The notes under the pieces: generated by a model
Told to the model about the DNA's origin: nothing
Seen by the model: the letters and a program-made list of their open reading frames with translations, nothing else
The model's database searches: none
Assembly: GCF_041956535.1 (NCBI RefSeq)
Contig: NW_027192192.1
Span: 1,500,646 to 1,564,645, forward strand
Origin: Calcarisporiella thermophila CBS 279.70
Lineage: Eukaryota; Fungi; Calcarisporiellomycota
Length of the DNA stretch: 64,000 nucleotides
Reading direction: 5' to 3'
Translations under genes and position numbers: made by a program
Part shown: positions 52,732-63,750 of the stretch, in pieces
How the letters are laid out: every line of letters starts with the position of its first letter
Numbering within the stretch: position 1 is the stretch's first letter

Positions 52732-53213
52732 AATGTACTCTAAGTGGGAATCAGTAGCATGACTGATAAGGTGAGTAGAGGTGAGAGCAAAGGAAAGATA
52801 TGTCAAAATAATCATAGAATTGTGGCTAGTAAAAGGGATCACCAAAGAGATATTCAGTGAAATGGAGTCGATAAAATAAATCATCATTTTAGTGTGCCAT
52901 CAGGTAACTGCAGGTATTCTATAATAAATGCTTGATCAATGGAAGCCCAAAAGAGTAATTCAAATCAATAAGAACAATAAGCAAATAGCATGGAAATTCC
53001 GCTTTCTATATGCCAGATAACGAACATTATTCTAGCAATTTCCAACTTATTAATCTAATGAAAGTCGCGACACAAACTTCTCCTAGATTTATAGAGAGAA
53101 AGATTATATTGTATACGACTTAAAGGCCAATTCATTACAACTTGTGAAGAAATAATCGAGTTGAGTATAAATTAATATGGGAAGTCAAAATATCTGACAG
53201 ACACTATTACATC

Positions 53214-55143
53214 TCAGGAACGCTTCTCAAACTGTATCAAAACATCTTCAAGACGCAGCACGCCGAATAAATTATTCACCTGCAGACCGGTTGTATGGAG
53301 CGAATTTTCAGGCAATTTCCAAGTATAGTTACGTACTGTAATATTTGGCATATATCCATACAAAACAGGTTCGTAAAGAAAACACAAATGGAGCATGTAG
53401 GAGCATAAGGGAACGTTCAGGCTTCAATTATTTTTCCCTTATATTTAAAAGGTAGAGGCATTAGAAATTATATAGAGCAATGTCTCCTTATGCATCTACA
53501 TGCTCCTCTGTGTTTGCTTTACGAACCTGTTTTGTAGGAATAAAATGTTAAAATAAATATGAGCACTCCAGAATAATAATAAATCGTGCTCACATAGCAT
53601 TGAAAGCACTATGCGTTGCTCAGTGAACGAAAACTGCATCCCTAACTGTTTTTTCCAATAGGGATTTAGTAATAGTTTTCTCTCCGCAGACAATACGAGT
53701 ATCGGGACTTACGCAAATGCGCGAGCCACCGCCAAAAGCTAACTAGGCATCTCGAGGTGGATTATTCTCAGGGTAGAATCTCTCCGGCCAGAATCTTTCT
53801 GGATCTTTCCAGTGCTTAGTGGAATTTTGCATGGAACATATGTCTGCAAACAAGTAAGTGCCCTTGGGAATGGCAATTCCGTCAAATTCGACTGGTTCCA
53901 CTACAACCCTAGGCCCAATGTTAGGAAAGGGAGGATGCATACGGAGCGACTTTTTTTACAAACACTTTACGTAAACCTCTTTTAAAATATGAGCACAGAA
54001 TTTGCATGTACCTCTCTGATAATACAATCAATATATTTCATATTTCGGCAATTCTTGATACTAGGTATTTGCAGAGAACCTGTTGCAGTAAAGATGCTAT
54101 TAATCTCTTGACGAGCTAGCTCCTGGATTTCTGGGATGAGAGCTAGGTAATAAATGGCAACGGAAAGAGAACTAAAGGTGGTTGTTAGATTAACATTGCA
54201 TTCTGGTATTTTTTTAATAACTTATATTTACGCCTGGGTTGTGTCGTGACCAGCAAGGAAAAATACCATTAGATTATCCTAACATAGTCAACATGAACAA
54301 ATCATGAAGGTACTGGAGTCCAGCAGTCAAATTGAAAGATATTTACCTTTATATCAGTCGTAGTCCATCTATTCTCATCATCGCCTGATTCTGCTTCTGC
54401 TTCTATCATCAATCTAAGCATGTCTTTGTGTTGATCGCCCTCATCCTTGTAGATTCCATCCTGAATTTCTTTCTTTCTTTTCTCAATGATGTCAAATACA
54501 ACCTAAATTTGTTTAAAAGTAACAAGAATTTTAAAGCAGGATAAAACAACTCAAGTTTGGATATGATTACCTCGTTCAAATCGGCAAAGGATTGAACGGC
54601 ATGTTTGTCGAAAAGACTTATTATTGGATCAGCTCTTGGAAAAAGAATACGAACCGGGTTTGCGAATCCTTCAAATGTGCCTTCATAACATTTGTAATAT
54701 CTGTTTTCTGGATTTTGGAGAGCGTTGAAATTGAATCTAAATAGCGTCTTTCCGAGAGCGTCCAAAGTAAGTCTGCGCATGAGTATAGGTATGTTGACGG
54801 CATCTGCAGATATAATGGCTTGATCTAGGTGTTCAAAAAGCTTGTATGTGCATTCTACAAACGGCTGCGTGGGAATAGTGTTACGGAACACAGGATTAAG
54901 GACCATTATAGAAAACATTACATGCTTAGCTTGAGTCCAATCTCATTGATGAAGAAAATAATTAAAGTACCTTTCTGTGACGTTTCCACTCCTAAATACG
55001 AGACATCAAAATCAATTAATCTCATATACATAGAGAGAGAAACAATCATGATACCTCTCCATTGCTCATTGCCACATTCTCTTCACCGAAGAAATCGAAG
55101 AAGAATTTCCCCTGCGCCAGAGTGTTAACTTTGGGAATAGAAT
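53214..55143 (-). pseudogene. Cytochrome P450, multi-exon, 5'-truncated
   Basis: EWKRHRK, AGHDTT, E|SLR, PERF, FGGGSRIC|LGMQFS heme motif. N-terminal exons are replaced by gypsy sequence; the expected acceptor before VLNPVFR reads TG, not AG (54904-54905). Confidence 0.8.
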
Positions 55144-55204
55144 CTAGGAGAGAATTATTTGTTGTTCCTCACCGATCTTCTATTTTCATAAAGAGCTTCA
55201 TCTA

Positions 55205-56810
55205 CCATTCGAACCCTGTTACAAGCGATTTGACGACCAACGCCGATTATGTGTTCCTCAGACCAACTCGCTGATCAACAAAATAATGATGAACGCTCAT
55301 GATGCGATTTATGCTGGTCATTTGGGAATCGACAAAACCCGGGATGGAATTCAACGCGACTACTATTGGCTGAATATGCAGAAGACAGTACGACGATACA
55401 TTAAGGCTTGTGATTCATGTCAACGAGTGAAATCAACGAACAAGAAGCCAGCAGGATTATCGCAACCATTAGAAATTCCAACTGCAAGATGGGACTCGAT
55501 TTCGATGGATTTTATTGTTCAACTACCGAAGACAAAAAGAGGATTCGATGCGATAACAGTTTATGTCGACAGACTCACCAAGCGAGCTCACTTCCCCCCA
55601 GCAAGACAACCGATAATGCAGTATATGCAGCCCATACATTTTTCCGAGAGATCTTTAGACAACACGCCATGCCAACCAGTATTATTAGCGATCGTGATCC
55701 GAAATTTACATCGAAGTTTTGGCGGACCATAACGCAGAAACTCGGCATAAAGACCAAACTTTCCTCGGCTTACCACCCACGGACGGATGGACAAACGGAA
55801 CGCATGAATAGAACCCTCGAAGACATGTTACGACACTACACTGCACATAAACAGGGTAATTGGGACGACCTTTTGCCCATTGTTGAATTTGCGTATAACG
55901 ATTAGATGCACATTTCCACCAGAACTACACCCTTTACGTCCGACCTAGGACGATCACTACGAAACCCCGATATGACCCCCGCCACGAAAGAAAATCCTAC
56001 CGCAGAAGAACTTGCCGAACAACTTAGATAACTTAGAGAAGACCCAATCGACTATCACCCAAATGATCAAGGATGAACAAGAGCGACTACGAGAATACGC
56101 TGACCAATAACGATCCGATGTAGAGTTCCAAGAAAATGACCAACTTATGATAAGAACCACACACTTGAAACCGGAAGTGTAATGCAACGCTCCCTCGAAA
56201 AATTATCACCACGATTTGCGGGACCATTCAAGGTTCTCAGTCGAATCGGTAAAGTTGCATTCAAACTAGAGCTGCCAGCGAATGTCAGAACGCACTCAGT
56301 ATTCCATTTTTCCGTTCTTCTAAATATGAACAAGCCACAGACGATCGCAAAGCGCCACCACCTCCACTCATAATCGTTGATGGAGAAATAGAATACGAAG
56401 TCGAAAAAATCCTCGACGAGCGAAGACGGTACAATCGCAAGGAGTACTTAGTTAAATGGAAAGGCTACGATGACCACGAAAATACTTGGGAACCCGTGAA
56501 GGGCATGACCAGAGCTCAAGTCCCTATAAGAAGTGGGCATAGGGAAAACATAGGGAAATAATATGGAACAGATGCGGAACACCTCACTTTCCCTATAATT
56601 TCCTTAAAATTTCCTTTTATTTCCTCTAATTTTTCTATAAATTCCAAATCCTTACCCATATAAAAATCCATATAAAATCCATTAAAAATTATAGGAAATA
56701 TCAGGAAATCATATGGAGAGTGAGGTGTTCCCTATTTTTTCCCTATGTGACTTCCTATAGGGAGACGTTATCAGAGAGTACGAGAAAAACAAGAAGACCG
56801 AGAAAGCTTT
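55205..56810 (+). mobile_element. Ty3/Gypsy chromovirus pol fragment (integrase plus chromodomain), degenerate
   Basis: HDAIYAGHLG..CDSCQ (HHCC), [38 protein letters not shown]...YLVKWKGY...TWEP. Frameshifts and stops; no LTR recognised. Confidence 0.92.
56522..56762. mobile_element. CCCTA-ended MITE-like element inserted in the gypsy chromodomain
   Basis: CCCTATAAGAAG...CTTCCTATAGGG, flanks AGT/AGA. Removing it restores the reading RAQDVIREYEK. Closely related to 59349-59580. Confidence 0.8.
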
Positions 56811-57168
56811 ATCCGAATAAACGGAAACGTGAACATCCCCATTTTTGATATTTTATTATTTTTTCCATGTCTATGAATAAAGCACGATTTGGGCTCCGAA
56901 GGAGCAGATATCCTCCAGCTTCGTTCCCCTTGGGCTCTCGCCCAAAATGAAAAAATTAAGCGTGGACTGCGGCCGCTGTCCACAGTATAAAGTATTTGCA
57001 AATTCAAATTAAGAAATTTCAATATTGATCTCTGTTTATTTCCAAAATCTTAGAGCTCATATTGAAATTCATATACCAAAATACATTTAAAGAACCATTT
57101 TGTTACGAATCGACAACTAGAAATGGAATAGAAATCACACCCGCGTCGGAAATAACAGTATGTTTCAC

Positions 57169-59145
57169 TTAAATAGCGCCAACTGCATCGTAATGTGGCC
57201 CAGAAGCAGCAGAAGTGGCTTTGGCATCACTGGCTCGGACCAGTGCAGCAACTTCATGTACCTCCAATTTGGGATTCCACTCCACCTGACAGTTCTCAAT
57301 CTTTCTCACCTTTCCGCACGTGTAACATTTTCTCCAATCCGGTCGTGAAGCGACCCAACTTCCACAGTGCTCACACCTCCTAGAGAATCGATCCTTCCAA
57401 TTCTTTTCTGGTAAGTAGTTGAGCTCAAGATCATAATATCGAAGAAGGCCATTCCATCTGAAGTTGAAGCGGTTTGAAGCCACGGCCTCACGTTTAATAG
57501 CATTCGAAAATTCGATCAATTCATTAACAGTTTCAATCGGTACGGGGTCGTATAACGGACCATCAAGTAGCTCAATAGCTTTTTTCGCTACCGTTACGTA
57601 CTCTGGCACTTGAGATCCCCAAGCCCAATTTTTGGAGTGGTCGACATAGGTTGCAAATGTGAGGTTGTAGTCTTGTCGGATGAGTTGCCATCCAGGAATG
57701 CCTATGCCAGCAAAGAACTGCCAAAGGGTGGAAACTTGGGGTCCAAGCTCGGGATGCCGGAAACAGACATAGTTGAACTTGTTCATCTGGTGCAGCGAGG
57801 GGATAAGCTTGTTACAAAAGACTTCATATGGCTTGAACAACTCTAAGCGCTTCTCTGGATTCGACGTTGCCAAGGCCTTGTGAGTCAGTTCAGCTGCGTA
57901 CGTGGAGGTTGACATGCTAGCGCTGATTCCAGGAGAGTGAAGGGGATTAGTGAACCCCACTGCATCGCCTATGGCGACCCATCCAGGTCCCGAAACTTTG
58001 GGAGATTGAAAAGCAAGTTGCTTGCGAATGAACCAGGTGGTGTTAGATCCATATGGATTTTCAATCAACTTGTAATTCTCCATCACCCGCGAGATCATAG
58101 GGTAACGATGAACCCAATAGTTAAACTTCTGCTCAGCTTCCTTTGTTCCATATGGCGTCAAGTCATCAGGATACCTAGCGTCATCGCGAACCGCAAACCC
58201 GATACTAACAATCCACTGGAGCTTGAGACCAAAGATTTTTGCAAGCTCTTCAGACGAGGGAATTTCATCACCAGGTGTCTTGTTCTCAGCATGGTCAAGC
58301 AAATAGTTCATCATATCCATTAAGTTAGGAATAGGACTACCTTCCCAGGAAGGCATGCGAATTAACCAGGCCCATCCCTCGGGAAAGCAGAGGTGGTTGG
58401 TGTGGTCACCCTCGAAAAATCTAAGGGGAATCTTGGTCTCATCTTTGCAAGTAAAGTAACCCCAATATGCGTTGACATTCCAACCGTCAAATCGTTTGAT
58501 GCGAGCCTCTTTGGAAGTAAATTGTCGAAATCTGCCCGTGGCGTCTACTAAGTACTGCGAAGCGATAGTCTTGGAGATTTTAGACTCGTTTTCTACGACT
58601 TGGATGAGGTTTCCAGCACCAGAAATCTTTGTTCCCTGAATATTAATTGAATGCCCATGGAATACATTGACACCATGTCGTTGGGCATAAACTGTGAACA
58701 GCAGCTCGCTGGTGGAACGCTCAATCTGGTAACCGGATAAAAATAAGCAAGGAGTTCCATTGCTGCAGAAATCGGTATAGTGTTCTGGATCTTCTGAATC
58801 AAAAAAATAGAAGCAAAGGCCATCCTTGAGGCCAAAAATGCGTAGGAGCATTTCCGCGTTGAGCCCCATCATCTTGCACCAAAGGGAAAATAGGGGAAGC
58901 GTGCTTTCCCCAATTTTATAGCCCGGCTTGGGCGATTTCTCCACGACAGTGACGCTTATACTAGGATCAAAGCATTTAGCATGAATAGCGTAGATGAGAC
59001 CGTGAATACCGCCACCAGCAACGACTACATCCTGGTTTTCAGGAAGCGAAGGGCTGTCATTATTGAAATTAAGGATCTCTGAGGTCGAAAATCTTTGTTC
59101 CTGGGCAAGTTTGGCAAATTTATGGTGCGGATCGACTGCAATCAT
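57169..59145 (-). CDS. Flavin-dependent halogenase, intronless, 658 aa
   Basis: VVVAGGGIHG (FAD binding), KIGESTLP, LKDGL, DATG, GWAWLIR (WxWxI motif), IGDAVGFTNPLHSPG; extra C-terminal CxxC...CxxC. Confidence 0.88.
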   Translation of the reverse strand: MIAVDPHHKFAKLAQEQRFSTSEILNFNNDSPSLPENQDVVVAGGGIHGLIYAIHAKCFDPSISVTVVEKSPKPGYKIGESTLPLFSLWCKMMGLNAEMLLRIFGLKDGLCFYFFDSEDPEHYTDFCSNGTPCLFLSGYQIERSTSELLFTVYAQRHGVNVFHGHSINIQGTKISGAGNLIQVVENESKISKTIASQYLVDATGRFRQFTSKEARIKRFDGWNVNAYWGYFTCKDETKIPLRFFEGDHTNHLCFPEGWAWLIRMPSWEGSPIPNLMDMMNYLLDHAENKTPGDEIPSSEELAKIFGLKLQWIVSIGFAVRDDARYPDDLTPYGTKEAEQKFNYWVHRYPMISRVMENYKLIENPYGSNTTWFIRKQLAFQSPKVSGPGWVAIGDAVGFTNPLHSPGISASMSTSTYAAELTHKALATSNPEKRLELFKPYEVFCNKLIPSLHQMNKFNYVCFRHPELGPQVSTLWQFFAGIGIPGWQLIRQDYNLTFATYVDHSKNWAWGSQVPEYVTVAKKAIELLDGPLYDPVPIETVNELIEFSNAIKREAVASNRFNFRWNGLLRYYDLELNYLPEKNWKDRFSRRCEHCGSWVASRPDWRKCYTCGKVRKIENCQVEWNPKLEVHEVAALVRASDAKATSAASGPHYDAVGAI

Positions 59146-59348
59146 TGAAATTCGAGTGGGTTTAAGTTATAATTAGGTTTGTATGCTGGTATAGAATATG
59201 AAAGATGAAATTTATCAAATAAAGAGAAATGAACTGATGTAAAGATCTTCGAATAAATAGTAGCTTCAGGGGAGAGCTCCTAAGATGGATTTATATCGCA
59301 ATTTCATGGGGATGCGCAGTTATTATTTCGATGAGATAGTGGTATTGA

Positions 59349-59580
59349 CCCTATAAGAAATGTCCATAGGGAAACCATAGGGGAATAATGTGGAACACAT
59401 GTGGATCACCTCACTTTCCCTATAATTTCCGTATAATTTCCTGATATTTACTGTAATTTTTCTATATTTTCCAAATCCGTACCCAAATAAAAATTATTAA
59501 AAATTATAGAGAAAGTGAGGTGATCCACATGTGTTCCACATTATTCCCCTATGGTTTCCCTATGGACACTTCTTATAGGG
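59349..59580. mobile_element. CCCTA-ended MITE-like foldback element with ~80-bp TIRs
   Basis: CCCTATAAGAA(A/G)TGTCCATAGGGAAACCATAGGGGAATAATGTGGAACACATGTGGATCACCTCACTTTC occurs at both ends in inverted orientation. No matching TSD (TGA/ATC). Confidence 0.88.
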
Positions 59581-59740
59581 ATCTGTTCCACACCACAACC
59601 CTATCCGAGAGAGATTTGTTTTCAACTCATATCATAATATTGATTCATACAATCTTATTTTTCCCATCTGATTTTAGTAATCTCTTTATATGCTCTGAGT
59701 CCTTTTCCTCTTCGTTAAGTTATAATCTACAGCGTTCAAG

Positions 59741-60109
59741 ATGGTCGTATCGCGCATTCCGCATCTCTTCATTTCCTTCTCAACTGGCCATGGTCATGCT
59801 GTGCCAATCATATGTTTTGCGCGTCGCCTAATTGATATGCCAAATGCACTCGCAGGCTCAGATGTCACCCCTGGGCTTCGATGCATAGTAACGATAGCCA
59901 CCGTCAACTCATATGTTGATGACCTTGTCGCGACGGGGCTCATTTCTTCACCCGATGAAAATGGCGTGATATTCCGCGGTTCCTATGGCGAGGTGCGCCT
60001 CGCGAAGTTATACGATCTCCCTAAGGTCGATCCTCAGGAGGACGACAAATACCTCCCCCCCCCAATGGTTTCCAATGTTATATCGAATCTGCGCATCAGA
60101 CTGGCATAG
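59741..60109 (+). pseudogene. UDP-glycosyltransferase (GT1-like) N-terminal exon, truncated or interrupted
   Basis: PHLFISFSTGHGHAVPIICFARRL...VTIAT resembles the GT1 N-terminal GHxxP motif. No continuation or PSPG box was found downstream in the window. Confidence 0.6.
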
Positions 60110-61255
60110 CGCGCGCCCCTACAAAAAGCCTTTTTAAGGAAATTACTTAGAAACCTATGCCAAAGTTGTAGGGTACAGTGTAAAAATCTATAGAATTGCG
60201 GTAAAAATTGACCGGTGGGTATAAGAAAATTGGTAGGTCACCATATAGAAAAGTCACGTGACTATACCCTTTTGGCTTGGATATTAGGTATTTGGCCTGG
60301 AAGGAACTCGTCAATTTTTGCTTGGCCGTGACGTCCGGCCGAAATAAAATCAAACCAAGAATTTAACTTATAAATAATTAAATAAACAAAGGATTTATCT
60401 TTAAAATTTGTTATTTTTGTAATAATAAGCATTAGAGTAAACATAAAAAATCATACTAATATTGAAATGAAGTGCTGCGTATGCTCACTTCAACTTCTGC
60501 GTAAAATTCTTTTTACTCCAACTCTTCGGTTCTTCTATAATACTTAGTATTTCGGTGAATAAGCATTATAGCCTAGAAAATAATACAATACACTTGATAA
60601 TGTAAATATTTTAATAGGATTCATTCTTTCTAATTATTTGGGTACAATCTATTCAAGAAATTGTGTAGATATTAAACTTACAGCAGCTGCATAGTTAATG
60701 CGTCTGAAATCATCTAAATACATATATGTATTTATGTCATTTCAACGAGCCCAGGATGTATCCATCCTTTGTTCGGAGTCGGCCCTACTGAAGTCTGTTC
60801 TTAGAACATCTAATTTAAAGCTATCCAATTCATCCACTCTCCTGCCTTGGAAGAAACGAAAGCAGAGAATACAGAGGATATGACTAAAGCAAACGATGGT
60901 TATAAAAGATAGTGAAATAAATTTTAGATTTTATATTGTACTGGGCATCATAGCGAAATTTCGATAATTGAAATTTCATTTTTATTGTATAACTCACGAC
61001 ATAAAAGGTATTTTGCAAGTCCATGTAGATTGTTGGTTGTGATATGGATAGCTGTGTTTGCTTTTCGTAGCGCAACTTAGTATAGCTAGATTTGAGGATA
61101 AGAAGGGAAAATGATGTGAAAAATAAAAATTATTCGATCACATTCCGAGGGCAGTTCACAAGTATAAGACAAGTTGACACTACGAATCGTAACACTCAAT
61201 AAAATAATCCTCAGCCACTTTTTGCTCACACTGGTTACCGTTGGGCTACTTATCA

Positions 61256-63750
61256 TGTCATCTCAAGATGAAAATGCTGGCGAGGTCTCTCTTCGAGCGC
61301 AGATGGAAATCCTTAAGACCATGCTTGAGGAAATCAAAACTAAACTGGAGGGAAACAAGCAGCGAAAGCAGTAGTACTGGGGAAGAGGAGCCTGACGAGC
61401 TCATATGCACTGCTAAGGCCAAACACTACCAAAGGATCCCACAATGGGTGGCGGACGCGTTCCCTCAAATCCTGGACCCCTTTTTTCACCCGAACACCGA
61501 ATTCGGGACAGGGACCTTCGCGCAGAATGGTGGGCCCGTGCGCCAGCCATTCGCGATCGCGTTTATGACGCGCCAGCGATGCCAAGCAGCTTGCTTCAAG
61601 TGGCATCACATCAATCCAAAGCAAAAGATCGTTCACTGGCAGACTTCCAATCTCGTCTGGCCTTAACTACGAGAACAATCGACGCGCTTTTCCATTCGGT
61701 CGCGGGATTCGTGGAAAATAATCGAGACGTGTTCCCAGATACTCTTTGCCACTATTGGCTGCAACTATATCGGGACATCACTTTGCAGATGCGAGACCAT
61801 CTCACTACAATGTCAGAGTCAAGGCTCGGAGAGATCAGACAAGCGAGTCAGTATGGCGCCAGCCTCCGCTATATAACTCCGGAGCACACCCTCATCCCCG
61901 AGGAGATGGCCAGTGAATTCACGAAGGAACGGAGAGCTACATCCAAATCAAAAGCGAAGACGCGTAAACAGCGTACAAGTTATAGAAATTCCAGGAAACA
62001 TAACGGAATCCGTAGCCGTTCGTATTCCAGCAACGGAGGGAAGAATGAAGAGAAAGAGCCAAAAACCTATAAAGAAGGGTGGTATTGATGATGCTCCCCT
62101 TCAACACACACCAGTAGGAGGAAGGCTAGCACTATTCGCGGACTCTTGGAAGGAAATCACGAGAAAACCGTGGGTACTTACGTTACGTTCACGGAAGGGG
62201 CTATGATGGGATATTACAGGCCCGCAAAACAATGGAAAAGTCCGAGTCCATTGAACTTATCAAAAGAACAAGAGCAAGCAATAGCGCGGGAAGTCGAAGA
62301 ACTGTTGGAGAAGAAAGCTATAGAAAAAGTCAGGCGAAAGAATGTGGGGTTTGTCTCCAGGCTATTCACCATTCTCAAGGAGTCAGGGGGTCTCAGGCCG
62401 TTCCTGGATCTGAGAGAACTAAACAAGTTTATTCCCCCGATGCACTTGGAGACCTTGGCTCACCTTCTTCCACTCATCAACAGAGGCGCTTATATGACAT
62501 CGGTGGACCTCTCCGACGCATAGCTATATGTTCCAATCCACAAGGACGAACGCAAGTTCATGGCGTTCGAATGGAGGGACACTTGGTATTGGTTCAAATC
62601 ACTCCCGTTCGGCCTCTTATCTGCTCCGAGGATTTTTACGAAGATTCTTCGCCCGTGCCTCGCTCATCTTCGCTCGAAAGGAGTGGGGATATCAGCCTAT
62701 TTAGACGACCTGATTATCCTGGCGAGGTCAGAGCAGAAAGCGAAAGAGCACACGCTTCTGGCGGTAGAGCTACTAGAGAAGCTAGGGTTCATGATCAGCC
62801 GCAAGAAATCAATCCTCACACCATTCCAAAAGATGGAGCATCTGGGATTCATCCTCGACACGGAGAGCACGTCGCTGACTCTGCCAGGAGCAAAATCAGA
62901 GATATGAGAAGGATGGCAAAATGCATGATGAACAAAGCTCCTTCAGCACGCACTCTGGCTTCTTTCCTAGGGAGAATTGTGACAGCAACCCTGGCACTCC
63001 CAGTGGGGCGGCTATATCACCATCATTTGGCGAGAGACAAGGATGCTGCTGTTCGGAGCTATGGCTGGGATGCAATGGTAAGATTGAGCTCAAATTCCAT
63101 GAAGGAACTAAAATTTTGGTCGTCCCAACTGGAGAAGTGGAATTGGAGTACCTTTCTTCTTCTGGATTCTTCAGCAGTCATATACACCGATGCGTCAACC
63201 ACAGGAAGGAGTGCAACCTTCCAGGGCAGGTCTGTGTTCGGCCCTTGGAATTCGGAGGAAAGGACACTCCACATAAATGTCCTGGAGATGATGGCTGTGG
63301 GACACGCACTAAGGAGTTTTCCAGAGCTGACTCATTGCGCGGTGGCAATCCAGTCAGACAACTTGGCTGCAGTAGCTTATGTTGCCAGTCAAAGGGGAAC
63401 GCGATCGCCACAAATGCACAGGGTGACGAAATCCAATTGGGAAGAGTGCTTTCGCAGGAAAATAACGTTGACAGCGAAGCACATTCCAGGGGAGAACAAT
63501 ACGAGTGCAGACAAAGCATCGAGAATGAGGACCTCAGCAAGTGGAGGATCGACAAGAATTATGTGAAGAGAATAGAGAGGAAATTCGGTCCGCATGACAT
63601 AGATCTGTTCGCGGACAAGGTGAACAAAGTTTGCAAGAGGTACTTATCGTGGAGCTGGGATCCGAAAGCAGAAGCTCAGGACGCACTATCGATACCCTGG
63701 AAGCCGCTCGGAGTACCTTGGATCAATCCTCCTTGGACACTAATTCTAAG
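61256..63750 (+). mobile_element. DIRS-type (tyrosine-recombinase class) retrotransposon, degenerate: gag-like, RT, RNase H, methyltransferase-like domain
   Basis: PVGGRLALFADSW, LRPFLDLRELN, DLSDA, LPFGL.SAPRIFTK, AYLDD, YTDAS, HINVLEM, SDN, ADKASR, DLFAD...WINPPW. Stops and frameshifts; YR not visible in the window. Confidence 0.9.

Noticed and set aside
56522-59580. Two related MITEs flanking the halogenase as a composite (Pack-CACTA) transposon
   Set aside because: The left element has its own near-TSD inside the gypsy chromodomain, and the outer flanks (AGT vs ATC) do not match. Independent insertions are more parsimonious.
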